From Eledone cirrhosa (taxonomy: Eukaryota), in the NCBI GenBank assembly GCA_964016885.1, contig OZ024741.1, positions 179,862,001 to 179,926,000 of the forward strand: a stretch of DNA of 64,000 bases, written 5' to 3'. Below, piece by piece: positions 1 through 12,488 of the stretch. Each line of letters opens with the position of its first letter. Within the stretch, counting starts at the first letter, position 1. Below the pieces are notes generated by a model. That model was given only the letters and a program-made list of their open reading frames with translations, was not told the origin of the DNA and made no database searches. A program made the translations under genes and the position numbers.

Positions 1-176
1 GTAGCATTGCAAGAGCCCACAGTAGCATTGCATGGGCCACTGTAGTATTTTAGGGGCCAATGCTTAGCTTTCAAAAAATACCTGAAAGGATAAAATTAAG
101 AGAAAGGATAAAATAAAAAATAAAATAAATAAAACAATTAAGCAAAGCATTTGGTCAACCAATTCCACAGGGTATT

Positions 177-347
177 TAGAGAGTCGGACACCATGCTTTG
201 AAGCATAGAGTTACGTTCCTTTATGATCTGAGTTCAAATCCCGCCGAGGTTAACTTTGCCTTTCATCCTTACGGGGTCGATAAAATAAAGTACCAGTAAT
301 GTACTGGGTAATTGCTGGCCTTGTGCCTAAAATAGAAACAATTATTA
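177..347 (+). mobile_element. tRNA-derived SINE family A (5'-truncated)
   Basis: B-box GAGTTCAAATCC, conserved core TTTGCCTTTCATCCTTACGGGGTCGATAAAATAAAGTACCAG, 3' end AGAAACAATTATTA; more than 10 near-identical copies in the window. The core resembles the Meta/MESC SINE domain (from memory, unverified). Confidence 0.85.
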
Positions 348-716
348 GAAACCAAAATATACAATAGGGCAAATAGATGGAATGAGTGGTTGTACATTCT
401 ACTAAATCTAAAGCTTAGTGTATTCATTCATGCATGCAAACATACATATATAGACACAGACACACAAGCATATATATATGTCTATTTTTATTTGACCTGT
501 TTAGCTTGATTTGTTTTTTGGCTTAGGTGGTCAATGCCTTCTTAACCACTTTTTCAGTTTGTATGGCGTTTTAACATATTGTTTAGCTCTAGTTTTTTAA
601 CTATTGAGCGCTTGCCAGCATTTCTACGATTTTGCGTTTCGTTTCGCTTTTTCTACCAGCCGAAATTCGATTCTCGCTGAATTATATTTATATATATATG
701 TATATATATATATATA

Positions 717-801
<85 letters not shown>

Positions 802-986
802 AGGATGAATATAAAATGAAAGTGCTTTTTTTAAAAAGGAATTTATTTCTACATTTTCTCCGGAATATAATTTATACTCGTTGAACAAACCGCTGTTCAT
901 CTCTAACGTAACGATATATTATCACTACATTATTGATAACCTGAAATTTTATATATATATATATATATATATACATATATGTGTGT

Positions 987-1097
<111 letters not shown>

Positions 1098-1099
1098 TC

Positions 1100-1436
1100 T
1101 GTTCGCATGCCAACACAAAAGCAAGATTGAAGGGTTCATTCTACTGACATGGCTATAAAATTTAAGCTTGTTTGCAAAATTGCATTGGCAGTATTGGATT
1201 GGCAGTATCGGTAGAGGGTCCGACGCTATGATATGCAGCATAGTTACGCCCCTTTACGGACTGAGTTCAAATCCCGCCAAGGTTAACTTTGCCTTTCATC
1301 CTTACGGGGTCGATAAAATAAAGTACCAGTAATGCACTGAGTATTTGCTGGCCTTGTGCCAAAAGTAGAAACAATTATTAATATTCGAAAACCTCAGATT
1401 ACATTTATTCTATTCAGCCATGTAGAGCGAAATTTT
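1100..1436. mobile_element. Structured host repeat (family H) interrupted by a SINE A copy at about 1185-1380
   Basis: Flanks match 14681-14955 and 15836-16268 (GAAGGGTTCATTCTA..GACATGGCTATAAAAT and ATATTCGAAAA.CTCAGATTACATTTATT). Confidence 0.75.
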
Positions 1437-1467
<31 letters not shown>

Positions 1468-1472
<5 letters not shown>

Positions 1473-2213
1473 GGAAAAAATGAAACGAAACGAAACGAAA
1501 CGATGAAACGAAACGAAACGAAATTTCATTTATCTCTCTGAGTACGGCTGTTACTTAAATATAAGTAAGTATACGTACATACATATATCTATACAGACGT
1601 ACAGTAGTATGTATATATATATGCATACATGCACACATATATATATGTACGTATGGATTCACCGAACATTTATTATAATGCTCGGTGTGGTTGTAAACAA
1701 ACATCCCGAATTATACATATGTATGTATGTACGTATACTTACTTATATTTAAGTAACAGCCGTACTAAGAGTGAGAAATGAAATTTCGTTTCGTTTCGTT
1801 TCGTTTCATCGTTTCGTTTCATTTTTTTCCGTTTATCGTTTTCGGCACGCCCGGCCGAGTAACTCACTCGATATGCAAATTAGGGTGCTCAGCCGTTAGT
1901 ATGCATAAGGAAAGTATATACTTTCAGAGGTTCAACCATCTGGCAGGAAGGTATACGTTGCTGACGATAGCTAATAAGCTTGAAACTAGTACAGCGTTCC
2001 TTTGTCAGTGTTGAACAAATGAGCAACGATGGTTGCTAGACACTGTACGGCTTAATTCGGCATGTTTGTTTACAAGCACACCGAGCATTATAATAAATGT
2101 TCGGTGAATCCATACGTACATATATATATGTGTGCATGTATGTATATATATATAATACTACTGTACGTTGTATACATATATGTATGTACGTATACTTACT
2201 TATATATATATAT
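1468..2213 (+). mobile_element. Non-autonomous HHR-bearing PLE/retrozyme-like element (family R) with inverted 5' arm and partial tandem repeat, in (TA)n
   Basis: 1468-1713 is the reverse complement of about 2053-2205 plus 1748-1836; 1713-1748 is directly repeated at 2171-2205; homologues at about 10730-11130, 35271-35742 and 59779-60066. Confidence 0.8.
1955..1997 (+). ncRNA. Minimal type-I hammerhead ribozyme motif
   Basis: ACGTTG-CTGACGA-TAGCTAATAAGCTT-GAAA-CTAG-TA-CAGCGT: helix I ACGTTG/CAGCGT, canonical core, palindromic helix III (ACTAGT), GUA cleavage triplet. Confidence 0.8.
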
Positions 2214-2302
2214 ATATATACTTACGCATACACACCAACTACTGACCAAATAATGTTTGGTATCAATAGGTTAAAGACATCTGTCAAATCAATTAGTGGT
2301 GT

Positions 2303-2388
<86 letters not shown>

Positions 2389-2390
<2 letters not shown>

Positions 2391-2669
2391 TAGAAAACGA
2401 AAAGTCAGTGATGCATCTGAACTCAATTTATTGTGTTACAATTGTTTCGCCGTCTGATTCTGGACCCGCAGGTTCGACGGAGACGTCTAATGATTTCGGA
2501 GCATATTGAGAGAATGTTCCGAAATCATTAGACGTGTCCGTCGAACCTGCGGGTCCAGAATCAGACAGATCCACACAATGATCGCGTCTCGAGCTGTCCG
2601 CCGGCGAAACAATTTTAACACACAATAAATTGAGTTCAGATGCATCACTGATTTTTCGTTTTCTATTCT
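2389..2669. repeat. Fold-back (palindromic) element next to (TA)n(GA)n
   Basis: Outer arms about 2389-2451/2603-2669, inner arms about 2452-2505/2513-2566; the left arm reads GAAACAATTGTA (HHR 3' half) on the minus strand. Confidence 0.8.
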
Positions 2670-2744
2670 ATCATACTCTGCTCTGTAAGAGCATAGAGTG
2701 CTCAACCGGCATGCTGCCTATGGAAGCATCTTAGCTACCATCAG

Positions 2745-2791
<47 letters not shown>

Positions 2792-2833
2792 TAGACACAC
2801 ACGCGCGCATGTACGCACACACACACACACACG

Positions 2834-2924
<91 letters not shown>

Positions 2925-2927
2925 TTG

Positions 2928-3250
2928 ATTTTGTATTGAACATTTTGAAAGTAGATTTATAAGTATGAATTTTTATAGGAGTTTTGGATCTATCTCAGTG
3001 GCCTAGTGGTAGGTGCTAGAGGTGATGGAGATCTTGTCTTTGGTTTCAGTCCTCGTCAAGAGGTACATGTAACGTTTTCAGTTTTTATTTGACAACCAAT
3101 AGAAAAATATTGAAAAGGTTTACTGGGTACCCTACTCCCGACCAGGATCACCACCGTCTATGATTCCCCCAACTAGACCACTGAGACAGCTCCAAAAATC
3201 CGATGAAAATTCATACTTATATATCTACTTTCAAAATTTTCAATAAAAAT
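2928..3250. mobile_element. MITE-like element with long TIRs and convergent tRNA-like modules
   Basis: TTTTGAAAGTAGATTTATAAGTATGAATTTT ... AAAATTCATACTTATATATCTACTTTCAAAA; A-box-like TCTCAGTGGCCTAGTGG in both arms. Confidence 0.7.
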
Positions 3251-3808
3251 ATTTTACCTTCTCCAATAAAAAATAGGATTTTTTGCGAAATCCAGAGACC
3301 AGAAGTCGACCCTAAATATTACTAATAGCTTTAGGAAAGCCATGAAAGGCACCACATCTTTTTAACTTTGGTTTTGAAAGTAGGTTTATGATTATCAATT
3401 TTCATTATACGCTTGTAGCTGTCTCAGTGGTAGGTACTAGAGACGGTGGAGATCCTGTACTTGGGTTCAATCCTGGTCAAGAGGTTCCTGTAACCTTTTT
3501 CAGTTTTTATTTTACAGCCCTTAGAAAAAAAGTGAAACGGTTTACTGGGAACCCGACTCCCGACCACGATCGAACTTCAGACCAGGACCACCACCGTGAT
3601 TGCTCCAACTAGGCCACTGAGACAGCTACAATAGTATAATGAAAATTGATAATTATAAATCTACTTTCAAAATCAAAGTTAAAAGGATGTCGTTCATGGC
3701 TCTCCTAGAGCTATTAGTCATATTTAGGGTCAACTTCTGGTCATTATTGAAAGTCTCTGGATCTCGCAAAATACATAGTATTTTTTATTGGAGAAGGTAA
3801 GATATTTT
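3246..3808. mobile_element. Related larger MITE-like fold-back element
   Basis: About 180-bp imperfect TIRs (AAAATATTTTACCTTCTCCAATAAAAAATA / TATTTTTTATTGGAGAAGGTAAGATATTTT); core homologous to 2990-3190 and contains a GGTTCAATCC B-box. Confidence 0.7.
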
Positions 3809-3979
3809 CCAGCAAAAATTTGATTGCACTGTTTTGTTTCCACTTATGTATTTTTCGAAAATGTTATTTATTCATTATAAGAATTAAACGATAGTATTCT
3901 ATATGTAGGTGGGCCCCCTTCATCTCCTGGCAACCAATATTTTTAGACCCAGTCCACCACTGGTTGTAGCTCTGGCTTA

Positions 3980-4450
3980 TACACGCAGCTAAATCTCTTT
4001 TGTCGGTCGGGACAGGTTATATGAAAGTAGGTCTCACATTTAAAATGTGTGACGACGCAAGAGGTAAGCTGATCTAGAGCGTCACATGACTACCCTTAGG
4101 ATAGTGCTCCAATATATGGAAGGAAGAAACGCAGGGATCATCGTGAAAGACATTGGAAGCGACATTGACCATGCCTTAGTGGTACGATACAGGTAGAAGG
4201 TCAGTGCCGACGTGACCTTGAACGATATGAAGGTGAGGTACGGTCAGTATAGACATACAAGTTCTGATGATCCCCGGAGAGCGCAATGCAATTCCGTAAG
4301 TGAGCCTTGTAGTATGTGTAGAAAAAAAAGCATTAGAAGTGATTGTACAGCTGAGAAAGCTCAGGTGTTATACATGTGGCACTAAGCGTTATTAAATCTC
4401 TTTTTGGCCAGAAGAACAAGATAAACTGAAGTAAAATAATGATACAAACA
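3980..4450 (-). pseudogene. Possible highly degraded LINE (APE endonuclease) remnant
   Basis: Balanced composition and a weak manual translation (SLPLASSH, resembling PLGxSDH); many stops. Confidence 0.25.
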
Positions 4451-4956
4451 ACATGAGTACCAACAGGCCACGAGTGTTACAGTTCTCATGGCGCTACTAG
4501 TAACAGATCCAGAAATATCAAAGAGATCCTTAAACTGTCGGTCCCAAAGAACCCCCTTCCATGGCTATAACCAATAGCACCATCCTATAGTATTGTGGTG
4601 ATGAATAGATGAAGCAAAATGAATAAGGGCGACAGATCACAGGAGAAAACGTAAGAAGAGAAAGAACGCCCTCAAGAAAAAAACACTCACACGAAGAGGA
4701 GTTAAGCAAACATTGTGAGTAAGAGCGGGAGAAAAAAAGAGTTACAAACGAAGAAATGGATTATCACTGACCCATAAACCTTTAGTTTTCATCGACTGCG
4801 GCAGAATATATGACAGTGTCAGTCAGGTGCTGAAAATCTAGGAGGAAGTAGAGTGACAATTAGTGATAGTGAAATACATGCCTGTCCATAGGGTCTACCA
4901 CAATATATGAACTTGTGCAGTACAAGAGTGAAAGTTAGAGACATTATTCCTTTGAA

Positions 4957-5137
4957 ATGGCAGTATCGGTAGAGCGTCGATCGCCATGCTTTGCAGCTTA
5001 GAGTTACGGCCCTTTACGGTCTGAGTTCAAATCCCGCCGGGTTTAACTTTCCCTTTCATCCTTACAGGGTCGATAAAATAAACCACCATTGATGCACTGG
5101 GATAATTGCTGGCCTTGTGATAAAAGTAGAAACAATT
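4957..5137 (+). mobile_element. SINE family A
   Basis: TGGCAGTATCGGTAGAG head, B-box and core; imperfect TSD ATTATTCCTTT/ATTGTTCCTTT. Confidence 0.85.
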
Positions 5138-6204
5138 GTTCCTTTCCATAACAAATTCCCGATGAAAGATGCTGTTTATGATTTTCAAATAATTTTGAAA
5201 ATAATCAAGAATTTTGAGGGATTTAATAATATATCTAACCTCCCTATGAAGTTGGTGTTTGGAACAGTATTTAATAAAGGTTCTTATATAGAATTATGAT
5301 GGAAGTTTTTTTTTAGATAAATGTAAAGAATTTAAAATAGATAGCTTTGTGCCAGCACAATCAGTGGAGGTTCCGTTGGTTCCAGAAGCTACCGAGGTCG
5401 TAGTCCCCTTAGTTAACTGTAAATATATTTCTAAAAATGTAATCTCGTCCAGAGTTTAAAAAATACAAATGAGAGGAGCCATTTGTCAGACCGGACCAAA
5501 GAAACTGTTTCCTTTGGTATTTCCATCGTGGATACTATTTGCCAGTCTCAATTCCTAGCGAAAGATTCCTAGCGAAGGATTTGGACTCAGAACGCTTAGA
5601 AACTTATCAGATATCACAAAGCAACCTGTTCGATTCTTTAACAATTCCGACAATCCATTACCCATAGTGTGGACAGGTAGGTTATTTATCGACCTGGAAA
5701 GAATAAATGTCAAAACTAACCACGGTTGAGTCGTACGGAAGTCGTCGTGACATACGACGTGTCCTGGGTATTTTATAACTGGCGGAGTCCATTATCTTTT
5801 CAGGTGTGATTTCCCCTGAGAATGAGAGAAAGTGATAAAGAGGCAGTAAGAACCAGATATAGAGGAAGAATCGATCCCAGTACCAGACAGGTACTTTTTT
5901 TATCGACCTTGATTGGATGAAAGACAAATTTGACATCGGCGGGATTTATACAAAGCATTCTATTCGACGTTCTAATGACTCAATCAATTTGCCACCATAG
6001 CTTCAATACAACCTAACCATAATTTAATTAATGTTGCCCATATTATGGTCGGAATATCGACAGGTCAATGACCCAAAAAATGAATGGTAAACTGATTGAA
6101 TATTTTACTGTATTACTTCAATGTTGGAATCTTGTGAGAACTTAACAACCTATTTATCTCGGATCGATAAAATTACATTAGAGCCAATAGTATTTTCAGA
6201 TAAA

Positions 6205-6319
<115 letters not shown>

Positions 6320-6631
6320 CTCTCCCTCCTGGCACCCCTGCCCGACACCCCTCAAAACACACACACATACACACACCATAAATACGACACACACACACGC
6401 GCATACACACCAACCACATTCATAACACAGAATCGATTTGTTATATCAGTACTTGTACATCATCCGTTGTTTTACGGAGGGAATAAGTAATATTCGGTTT
6501 CTTCACCCTATCATAACAAAGATATGTTATTGTGTACGTGTATATATGTATGTATGTATGATTGTATGTATGTATGTATATATGTATATATGTATGTATG
6601 TATGTATATATGTATGTATGTATGTATGTAT

Positions 6632-6734
6632 GGCAGGGGTCCTGACTCTTTTCCTATCACCTACTCTACTACCCTAAATATTGAGTACTCTGGTGCGTTA
6701 TGGTTCACCTGGTATCTTACACCACCCTCTTTGT
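6632..6734 (+). mobile_element. 3' tail fragment of HHR/PLE family B
   Basis: Matches 32115-32204 and 53810-53909 (CTCTACTACCCTAA.TATTGAGTACTCTGGTGCGTTATGG); ends in TA repeats. Confidence 0.75.
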
Positions 6735-6884
6735 TATATATATATATAATAGTAACAAAATTATAGAAGTCATGTCTGAGAAAATCACAAATATACCCCA
6801 TAACATCTACCGAGGAAGCTCAAAGATTCTAAGGAATAAATCAGAGCATTTATTACAAATTAAAGGTCTATTGATATGTTCATT

Positions 6885-6911
<27 letters not shown>

Positions 6912-6917
<6 letters not shown>

Positions 6918-7290
6918 CGTTTCTGAATTTGTTTAGCAAGATTCTTTATCTGAAATCGTGTGTTGAAACCGATATTGTTATACTTTGGGAGGGTCATGTT
7001 GCCAATAAGAAACACACGCACCAGTTGCTTTCACTTCAATTTATTATATATTTATAAATTTACAAATTTATAAACCTATAAATTTCTGGTTGGTTGGTTG
7101 GTTCCACAACCAGATAGTTGTTTATATATAGTCATAGTCCTTTCGTCACACACTCTGTGACCTCTTCAGTGACTGGGGATTCCTTTCTTTGTTTCTGTGC
7201 CTCTCCTTTGTTCTGTCCTACGCCATTTTGTTTCTGTGTGTGTGTTGTGTTTCTTATTGGCAACATGACCCTCCCAAAGTATAACAATAT
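6912..7290 (-). mobile_element. HHR-bearing PLE-like element family C with inverted 5' arm, in (TA)n
   Basis: 6972-7015 is inverted at 7247-7290; other copies at 24680-25030, 25378-25585 and 43620-43652. Confidence 0.75.
7130..7174 (-). ncRNA. Minimal hammerhead ribozyme motif
   Basis: Minus strand AGTCA-CTGAAGA-GGTCACAGAGTGTGTGAC-GAAA-GGAC-TA-TGACT. Confidence 0.7.
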
Positions 7291-7299
7291 ATATATATA

Positions 7300-7400
7300 G
7301 TAATAATAATAAATTTGAAGACTAAAATCCAAAGAAGATCCCGTTAAGGGTGAAAGCAGCGATTCTTTGCTTAAACTTTAATCTCTTATTTTAATAAATA
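7300..7400. mobile_element. Internally deleted mini-copy of the PLE at 8845-10717
   Basis: 3' terminus GTAATAATAATAAATTTGAAGACTAAAATCC fused to the inverted pLTR GAAGATCCCGTTAAGGGTGAAAGCAGCG; flanked by TA. Confidence 0.8.
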
Positions 7401-7401
7401 A

Positions 7402-7483
<82 letters not shown>

Positions 7484-7629
7484 ATATCAAACATTGACAG
7501 GGGATAATTTGTAAAGAGTGTAACAACACATAATTACAGAGGTAGCATATTAAATTTAACGAAAACTTCAAATATAGATACCTGGCTATAATAATCATCA
7601 TTTTCCTCAGTACATATTCCATTATTATA

Positions 7630-7810
7630 TTGGCAGTATCGGTAGAGGGTCGGACACCATGCTGTGACGCATAGAGTTGCGACCCATGCCATTTGAATTC
7701 AAATCCCGCCGAGGTTAACCTTGCCTTTCATCCTTACGGGTTCGATAAAATAAAGTACCAGTAATACACTGGGATAATTGCTGGCCCCTTGTGCCTTAGT
7801 AGAAACCATT
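7630..7810 (+). mobile_element. SINE family A
   Basis: Head, B-box, core and tail as in the other copies. Confidence 0.85.
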
Positions 7811-7918
7811 ATATTAGAAATATGATTTACCAATTAAATAGCGAAGCATAGACCATTAATCCTAGATCATCAACGGAAGAAAGAATTAAACATCCATGCT
7901 TACACTGCTAAGACAAAT

Positions 7919-7953
<35 letters not shown>

Positions 7954-7954
<1 letters not shown>

Positions 7955-8141
7955 CGAGGGAAAAGTGGTAAGGAACCAGGTGGACCATAACGCACCAAAG
8001 TACTCAATACTTAAGGTAGTAGAGTGGGTAATAGGAGTAAGTAAGACCCCGACGGCTGAGCTCAAGCCGTTTCGACGGCTAATTCAGTACAGAATTAGCC
8101 GTCGAAACGGCTTGAGCTCAGCCGTCGGGGTCTTACTTACT

Positions 8142-8143
<2 letters not shown>
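7954..8143 (-). mobile_element. HHR/PLE family B fold-back insertion in (TA)n
   Basis: Perfect 54-bp inverted arms 8032-8085/8092-8145 plus an unpaired tail of about 78 bp; contains the HHR 3' half GAAA-CGGC..GCCG-TC-GGGGT. Confidence 0.85.
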
Positions 8144-8194
<51 letters not shown>

Positions 8195-8224
8195 ATATAT
8201 ATATATATATATCCATTGGTCTTT

Positions 8225-8335
8225 CCAGTTGCTAGTACTATCTATCGGTGGCAACTCCAGGTAGAAGGAGCAACGTGAAATAAAGTGTCTTGCTCAAGGA
8301 CATAACGCATCGCTCGGTCCAGGAATCGAACTTAC
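8225..8335 (-). mobile_element. CORE-like tRNA SINE fragment
   Basis: GAGCAACGTGAAATAAAGTGTCTTGCTCAAGGACATAA...GGAATCGAAC; same motif at 62538-62596. Confidence 0.6.
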
Positions 8336-8359
8336 GCAGTATTCTTCTTTCTTCTCATG

Positions 8360-8437
<78 letters not shown>

Positions 8438-8656
8438 GGTAAAAAGCCAGGAGCTATATCCGAAGTGGGTAGAGCACTCAGTCCAAAGGATGAGTTCGGT
8501 ATAGAGTTGCTTCCACAACAAATTAGCAAACCACCGCAGCCATGCACGGGTTGAAAAACACTCTGGTGAAACACGTGTCCTCGAATATAGTTTGCTAATT
8601 TGTTGTGGAACTAACTCTCACTCCCTCTCTGTCATCTCTCTCTCTCGCTCTCACTT

Positions 8657-8761
<105 letters not shown>

Positions 8762-8954
8762 GTGTATATCTATATCTATATATATACATATATATATGTA
8801 TATATAAATGTATATGTGTATATAAATATATATATATATATATAGTAATAATAATAAATGTGAAGACTAAAATCCCAAGAGCGCTCGATAAGGATAAATA
8901 TATATCAAATATATAAGAACCGTAGAGCAAATATTTATTAAAATAACAGATTAA

Positions 8955-9005
8955 AGTTTAAGCAAAGAATCGCTGCTTTCACCCTTAACGGGATCTTCTG
9001 AAACT
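8955..9005 (-). ncRNA. Hammerhead-like motif with variant core (CAGAAGA) in the PLE 3' pLTR
   Basis: AGTTT-CAGAAGA-TCCCGTTAAGGGT-GAAA-GCA..TGC-TT-AAACT; same sense as the ORF; inverted copy at 10645-10695. Confidence 0.65.
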
Positions 9006-9910
9006 AACAAAGTCAATCTGTAAACGCAGAACTGGATATTTCAAAAAACATTGCAACCGGAGGAAGACAGGAAGACGATACTTTGGTTCGTGGAAACGTT
9101 CGCTGGTTAAGAACGGGTAAAAACGAATATAATACGTCATTAATAGGAGCGGTGAAAAACAAATACGCGCAAAGACAGAACCACGTTTATGGTATAAAAG
9201 AGGTCGTAGACTAATGTTCTGGCAATGAACGAAAAAAACGAAGATAATACGTCATATGTGGAGCGTGGAGAACAATAGCACGCAAAGACAAAACCACGTA
9301 AATGGTATAGTAGAAGTCGTAGACTAAATTCTAACTAGGAGACCGAATGAATCTCCGCTACAGAGTTAAGAACAAAGTAAATAAATACAATATAGAAGTA
9401 ATAGAAATAAATAAATACATACACGCAAACAGAAACGTACATACACAAGCATACGCAAAAATTTACCATATGTAAACAAAACCACGCACATATAAATATG
9501 TGTGTGTGTGTAAGCGTGTATACAAATAAATAAATAATTATATAAACGTATATAAATAAATAAATACGTATATAACAAGCGCACACACATACCTACATGT
9601 AAATACACGAATGTTCGGAGACGTAAGTCAACCAAAACATGAAGTACACATATACACACGCCCTACATACGTACGAACCTGCATACTCACACAGACGCAA
9701 AACTCCCGTATACACATAGCCGAACCATATGTACCAGAATATATTAAAAAATTATACGCCATAACAATCAAATATACGTACGAGAAGGTATACGTACCTT
9801 CACAAAACATACGGATAATATATACTTACCTATGCAAATAAGTAAAGGTATAAACAAAACATATACTTAGCTCCCACATCGAGACGTAAAATATCCACGT
9901 ATAGATCGTA

Positions 9911-10630
9911 CTATCCGTTAGGGTATAACGTGGGGCTGTAATACAGGAAAGTTTTGTGCAATTTATGTTTACAAGCCGAAATTGCCTCAGATTTTTGTTT
10001 AAGATGTGGTCTGTAGCGTAGAGTATTTCCAGGGCCTCAGCGGCGCAGAGGTCACATGGTCTTTTATTTCCGTTATACGATCTAGCCCTAGCTAGGATCT
10101 CCCAGTGTAACTTATGTGTGGTTGTCTTTTAGACTCCAGATATAAGCTGAAAGTGACGTCATATTTCTTCTTAGAGGGTAACGAAAAGAATGGGTATGCA
10201 TGTAAAGACGCTGCTTGAATCTATTGGCAGTTAACCCTATGTAGGCCCTACGGGACGTGGGTGTGACAACCTTACATTTGTAGACAATGTTACTAGAGAG
10301 GCATTTCCCGGATAGGGGGCAATCAACCCGATTCCTACAATTACAGTTAGTACTAACTACAGGGTTGCACGTGTTCCTACGGCTAGGTAGTTTAGCTAAA
10401 TTTGAAGCTGTGATGTTATGTGCAAGGTTAGGAGTCGTAGAGTAAGACATTTTAATAGTATTTCTATTAAAAATTTTACTATATTTATGTGTAGGGGGAA
10501 AATGATTCGTAATAAGGGAAAGAAAGATCTTAGCTAATGGTGTGGCCACCTCCATATTATATGGTGGGTTATACCAACAAATGCGAGGGGATCTACTTCT
10601 TCTAGGTCTATTTTCGTACTTTGCGTTTAC
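9911..10630 (-). pseudogene. PLE linker plus GIY-YIG endonuclease (frameshifted), Naiad-like motifs
   Basis: RICWYNPPY...NCNCRNRVDCPLSGKCLSSNIVYKC...AYIGLTANRFKQRLYMHTHSFR...LSAYIWSLK, then after a frameshift LHWEILARARSYNGNKRPCDLCAAEALEI..LNK, and after another EAISACKH. Confidence 0.9.
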
Positions 10631-10718
10631 AGATTGACTTTGTTAGTTTCAGAAGATCCCGTTAAGGGTGAAAGCAGCGATTCTTTGCTTAAACTTTAAT
10701 CTGTTATTTTAATAAATA

Positions 10719-10729
<11 letters not shown>

Positions 10730-10770
<41 letters not shown>

Positions 10771-11130
10771 TATGTATACGTACATACATATATGTATACA
10801 GACGTACAGTAGTATGTATATATACATACATGCACACATATATATATGTACGTATGGATTCCCCGAACATTTATTATAATGCTCGGTGTGTTTGTAAGCA
10901 AACATCCCGAATTAAGCCGTACAGTGTCTAGCAACCATCGAGCATTATAATAACACACCGAGCATTATAATAAATGTTCGGTGAATCCATACGTACATAT
11001 ATATATATGTGTGCATGTATGTATACATATATACATACTACTGTACGTCTGTATACATATATGTATGTACGTAAACATACTTATATTTAAGTAACAGCCG
11101 TACTAAGAGTGAGAAATGAAATTTCGTTTC
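10730..11130. mobile_element. Family R fragment in inverted (fold-back) arrangement
   Basis: About 10765-10938 (minus) mirrored by 10955-11130 (plus); matches 2030-2210 and 1714-1790. Confidence 0.8.
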
Positions 11131-11132
11131 AT

Positions 11133-11186
<54 letters not shown>

Positions 11187-11214
11187 TTATATAAGTGAGT
11201 AACTAGATCACGCA

Positions 11215-11795
11215 CGTAAACTCACATATCTGTGGAGATGTCGGAGAAGGATAGAATGGACCTTCGTCGGTTTCAACGATGAGCATTTCAGTTATTCGTT
11301 AAACTGAACAACTTGCTGATGAAATTAACGTGCAGATGGATGAGCTTTCCAGTGACATCTATCTATCCTTAATGTAATTCTCATGAAAATCCAGCGTGAT
11401 ACTATGTGTAACAAGACTGGTTCTTTGAATTACTGGTATTGTCCCTCCGATGAGCTTCCAAGCAGTTTCTGCTTACTCAATTTCATTCGCAAGGCTTGAG
11501 TCGACCCAAGGCTTTCTAAATAACACTTGTCAACCTTGGAACCTTATGATTCAGTTTTGCTTTATCTTCACGGTGGTTCGTTTGGTTTTCGGCGACGCCT
11601 TTTCACCGTGACATTATATTTCACGTTGTCCCTGTCCACTCTATGATTAAAATGGCCAGTCTTGTTACACATTTGCGTGATGATGAATCTCCCTTACAAC
11701 TACATCAATAGTACACGTGTCTATGGCATATTCGTCTTAATTTAACGAGACTGATGTCCCTTGGAACACACGCCTTCGGAACACCAATGGAGATC
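11215..11795. mobile_element. Old diverged MITE/SINE fragments (family related to 62281-62506)
   Basis: TGTAACAAGACTGGTTCTTTGAATTAC at about 11407-11433 and its inverse GGCCAGTCTTGTTACACA at about 11654-11671. Confidence 0.5.
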
Positions 11796-11895
11796 CAGCA
11801 TACATATACACTCATACACAGACGCACACATACACACACACACATATATACACACTCATACACACACGCACACACGCACACACACACGCACACAC

Positions 11896-12009
<114 letters not shown>

Positions 12010-12017
12010 ACACACAT

Positions 12018-12057
<40 letters not shown>

Positions 12058-12424
12058 AGAAACAAATGTCAATGGATCCGGAATCCGGGGATGCCTTGTA
12101 TATATATTTTTTTGTTTTCATACCCGGAATATTCTTTTAGACAGTTTGGGCTAACAACTGATTTCCGATTTATCTGTGTAAAGTAATATAGATTCCATTT
12201 TCATATTCTTAAATATTTTGTTTTAACTCTTTACAACAGATACATAGTATTTTATTGTGAGGTCATTAATGAAAATAATGTATACATGAATCCGTAATGC
12301 TTGATGGAATGTTACGGGTGTCATCAGGATATATACGACGTGTCTGGCATATCACTCTCCACGTCTGCGCACAGCGGAGTTCCAGAGAACGAGAGGAAGA
12401 GCGAGAGAAAGAGAGAGAGAGAGA

Positions 12425-12488
<64 letters not shown>

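Larger units (their letters stand above)
8845..10717 (-). mobile_element. 5'-truncated Penelope-like retroelement with inverted 5' pLTR and 3' tail, in (TA)n
   Basis: GIY-YIG ORF remnant; 8933-9028 inverted at 10622-10717; tail 8845-8932; TA tracts on both sides; about 117-bp tandem duplication in the 3' UTR (9121-9330). Confidence 0.9.

Noticed and set aside
1-60. About 20-bp tandem repeat GTAGCATTGCA..GCCAC
   Set aside because: Cut by the window edge with only about three degenerate units; nothing further can be inferred.
7954-8143. Palindromes as chimeric-read assembly artefacts
   Set aside because: The same family recurs at several loci with fixed arm ends, and arms in other copies carry mismatches, which argues for real insertions.
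9911-10630. Selenocysteine (UGA) recoding as reported for some Naiad PLEs
   Set aside because: The Cys codons checked in the CxC..C motif are TGT/TGC, the ORF break is a TAA with frameshift, and no SECIS could be identified by eye.
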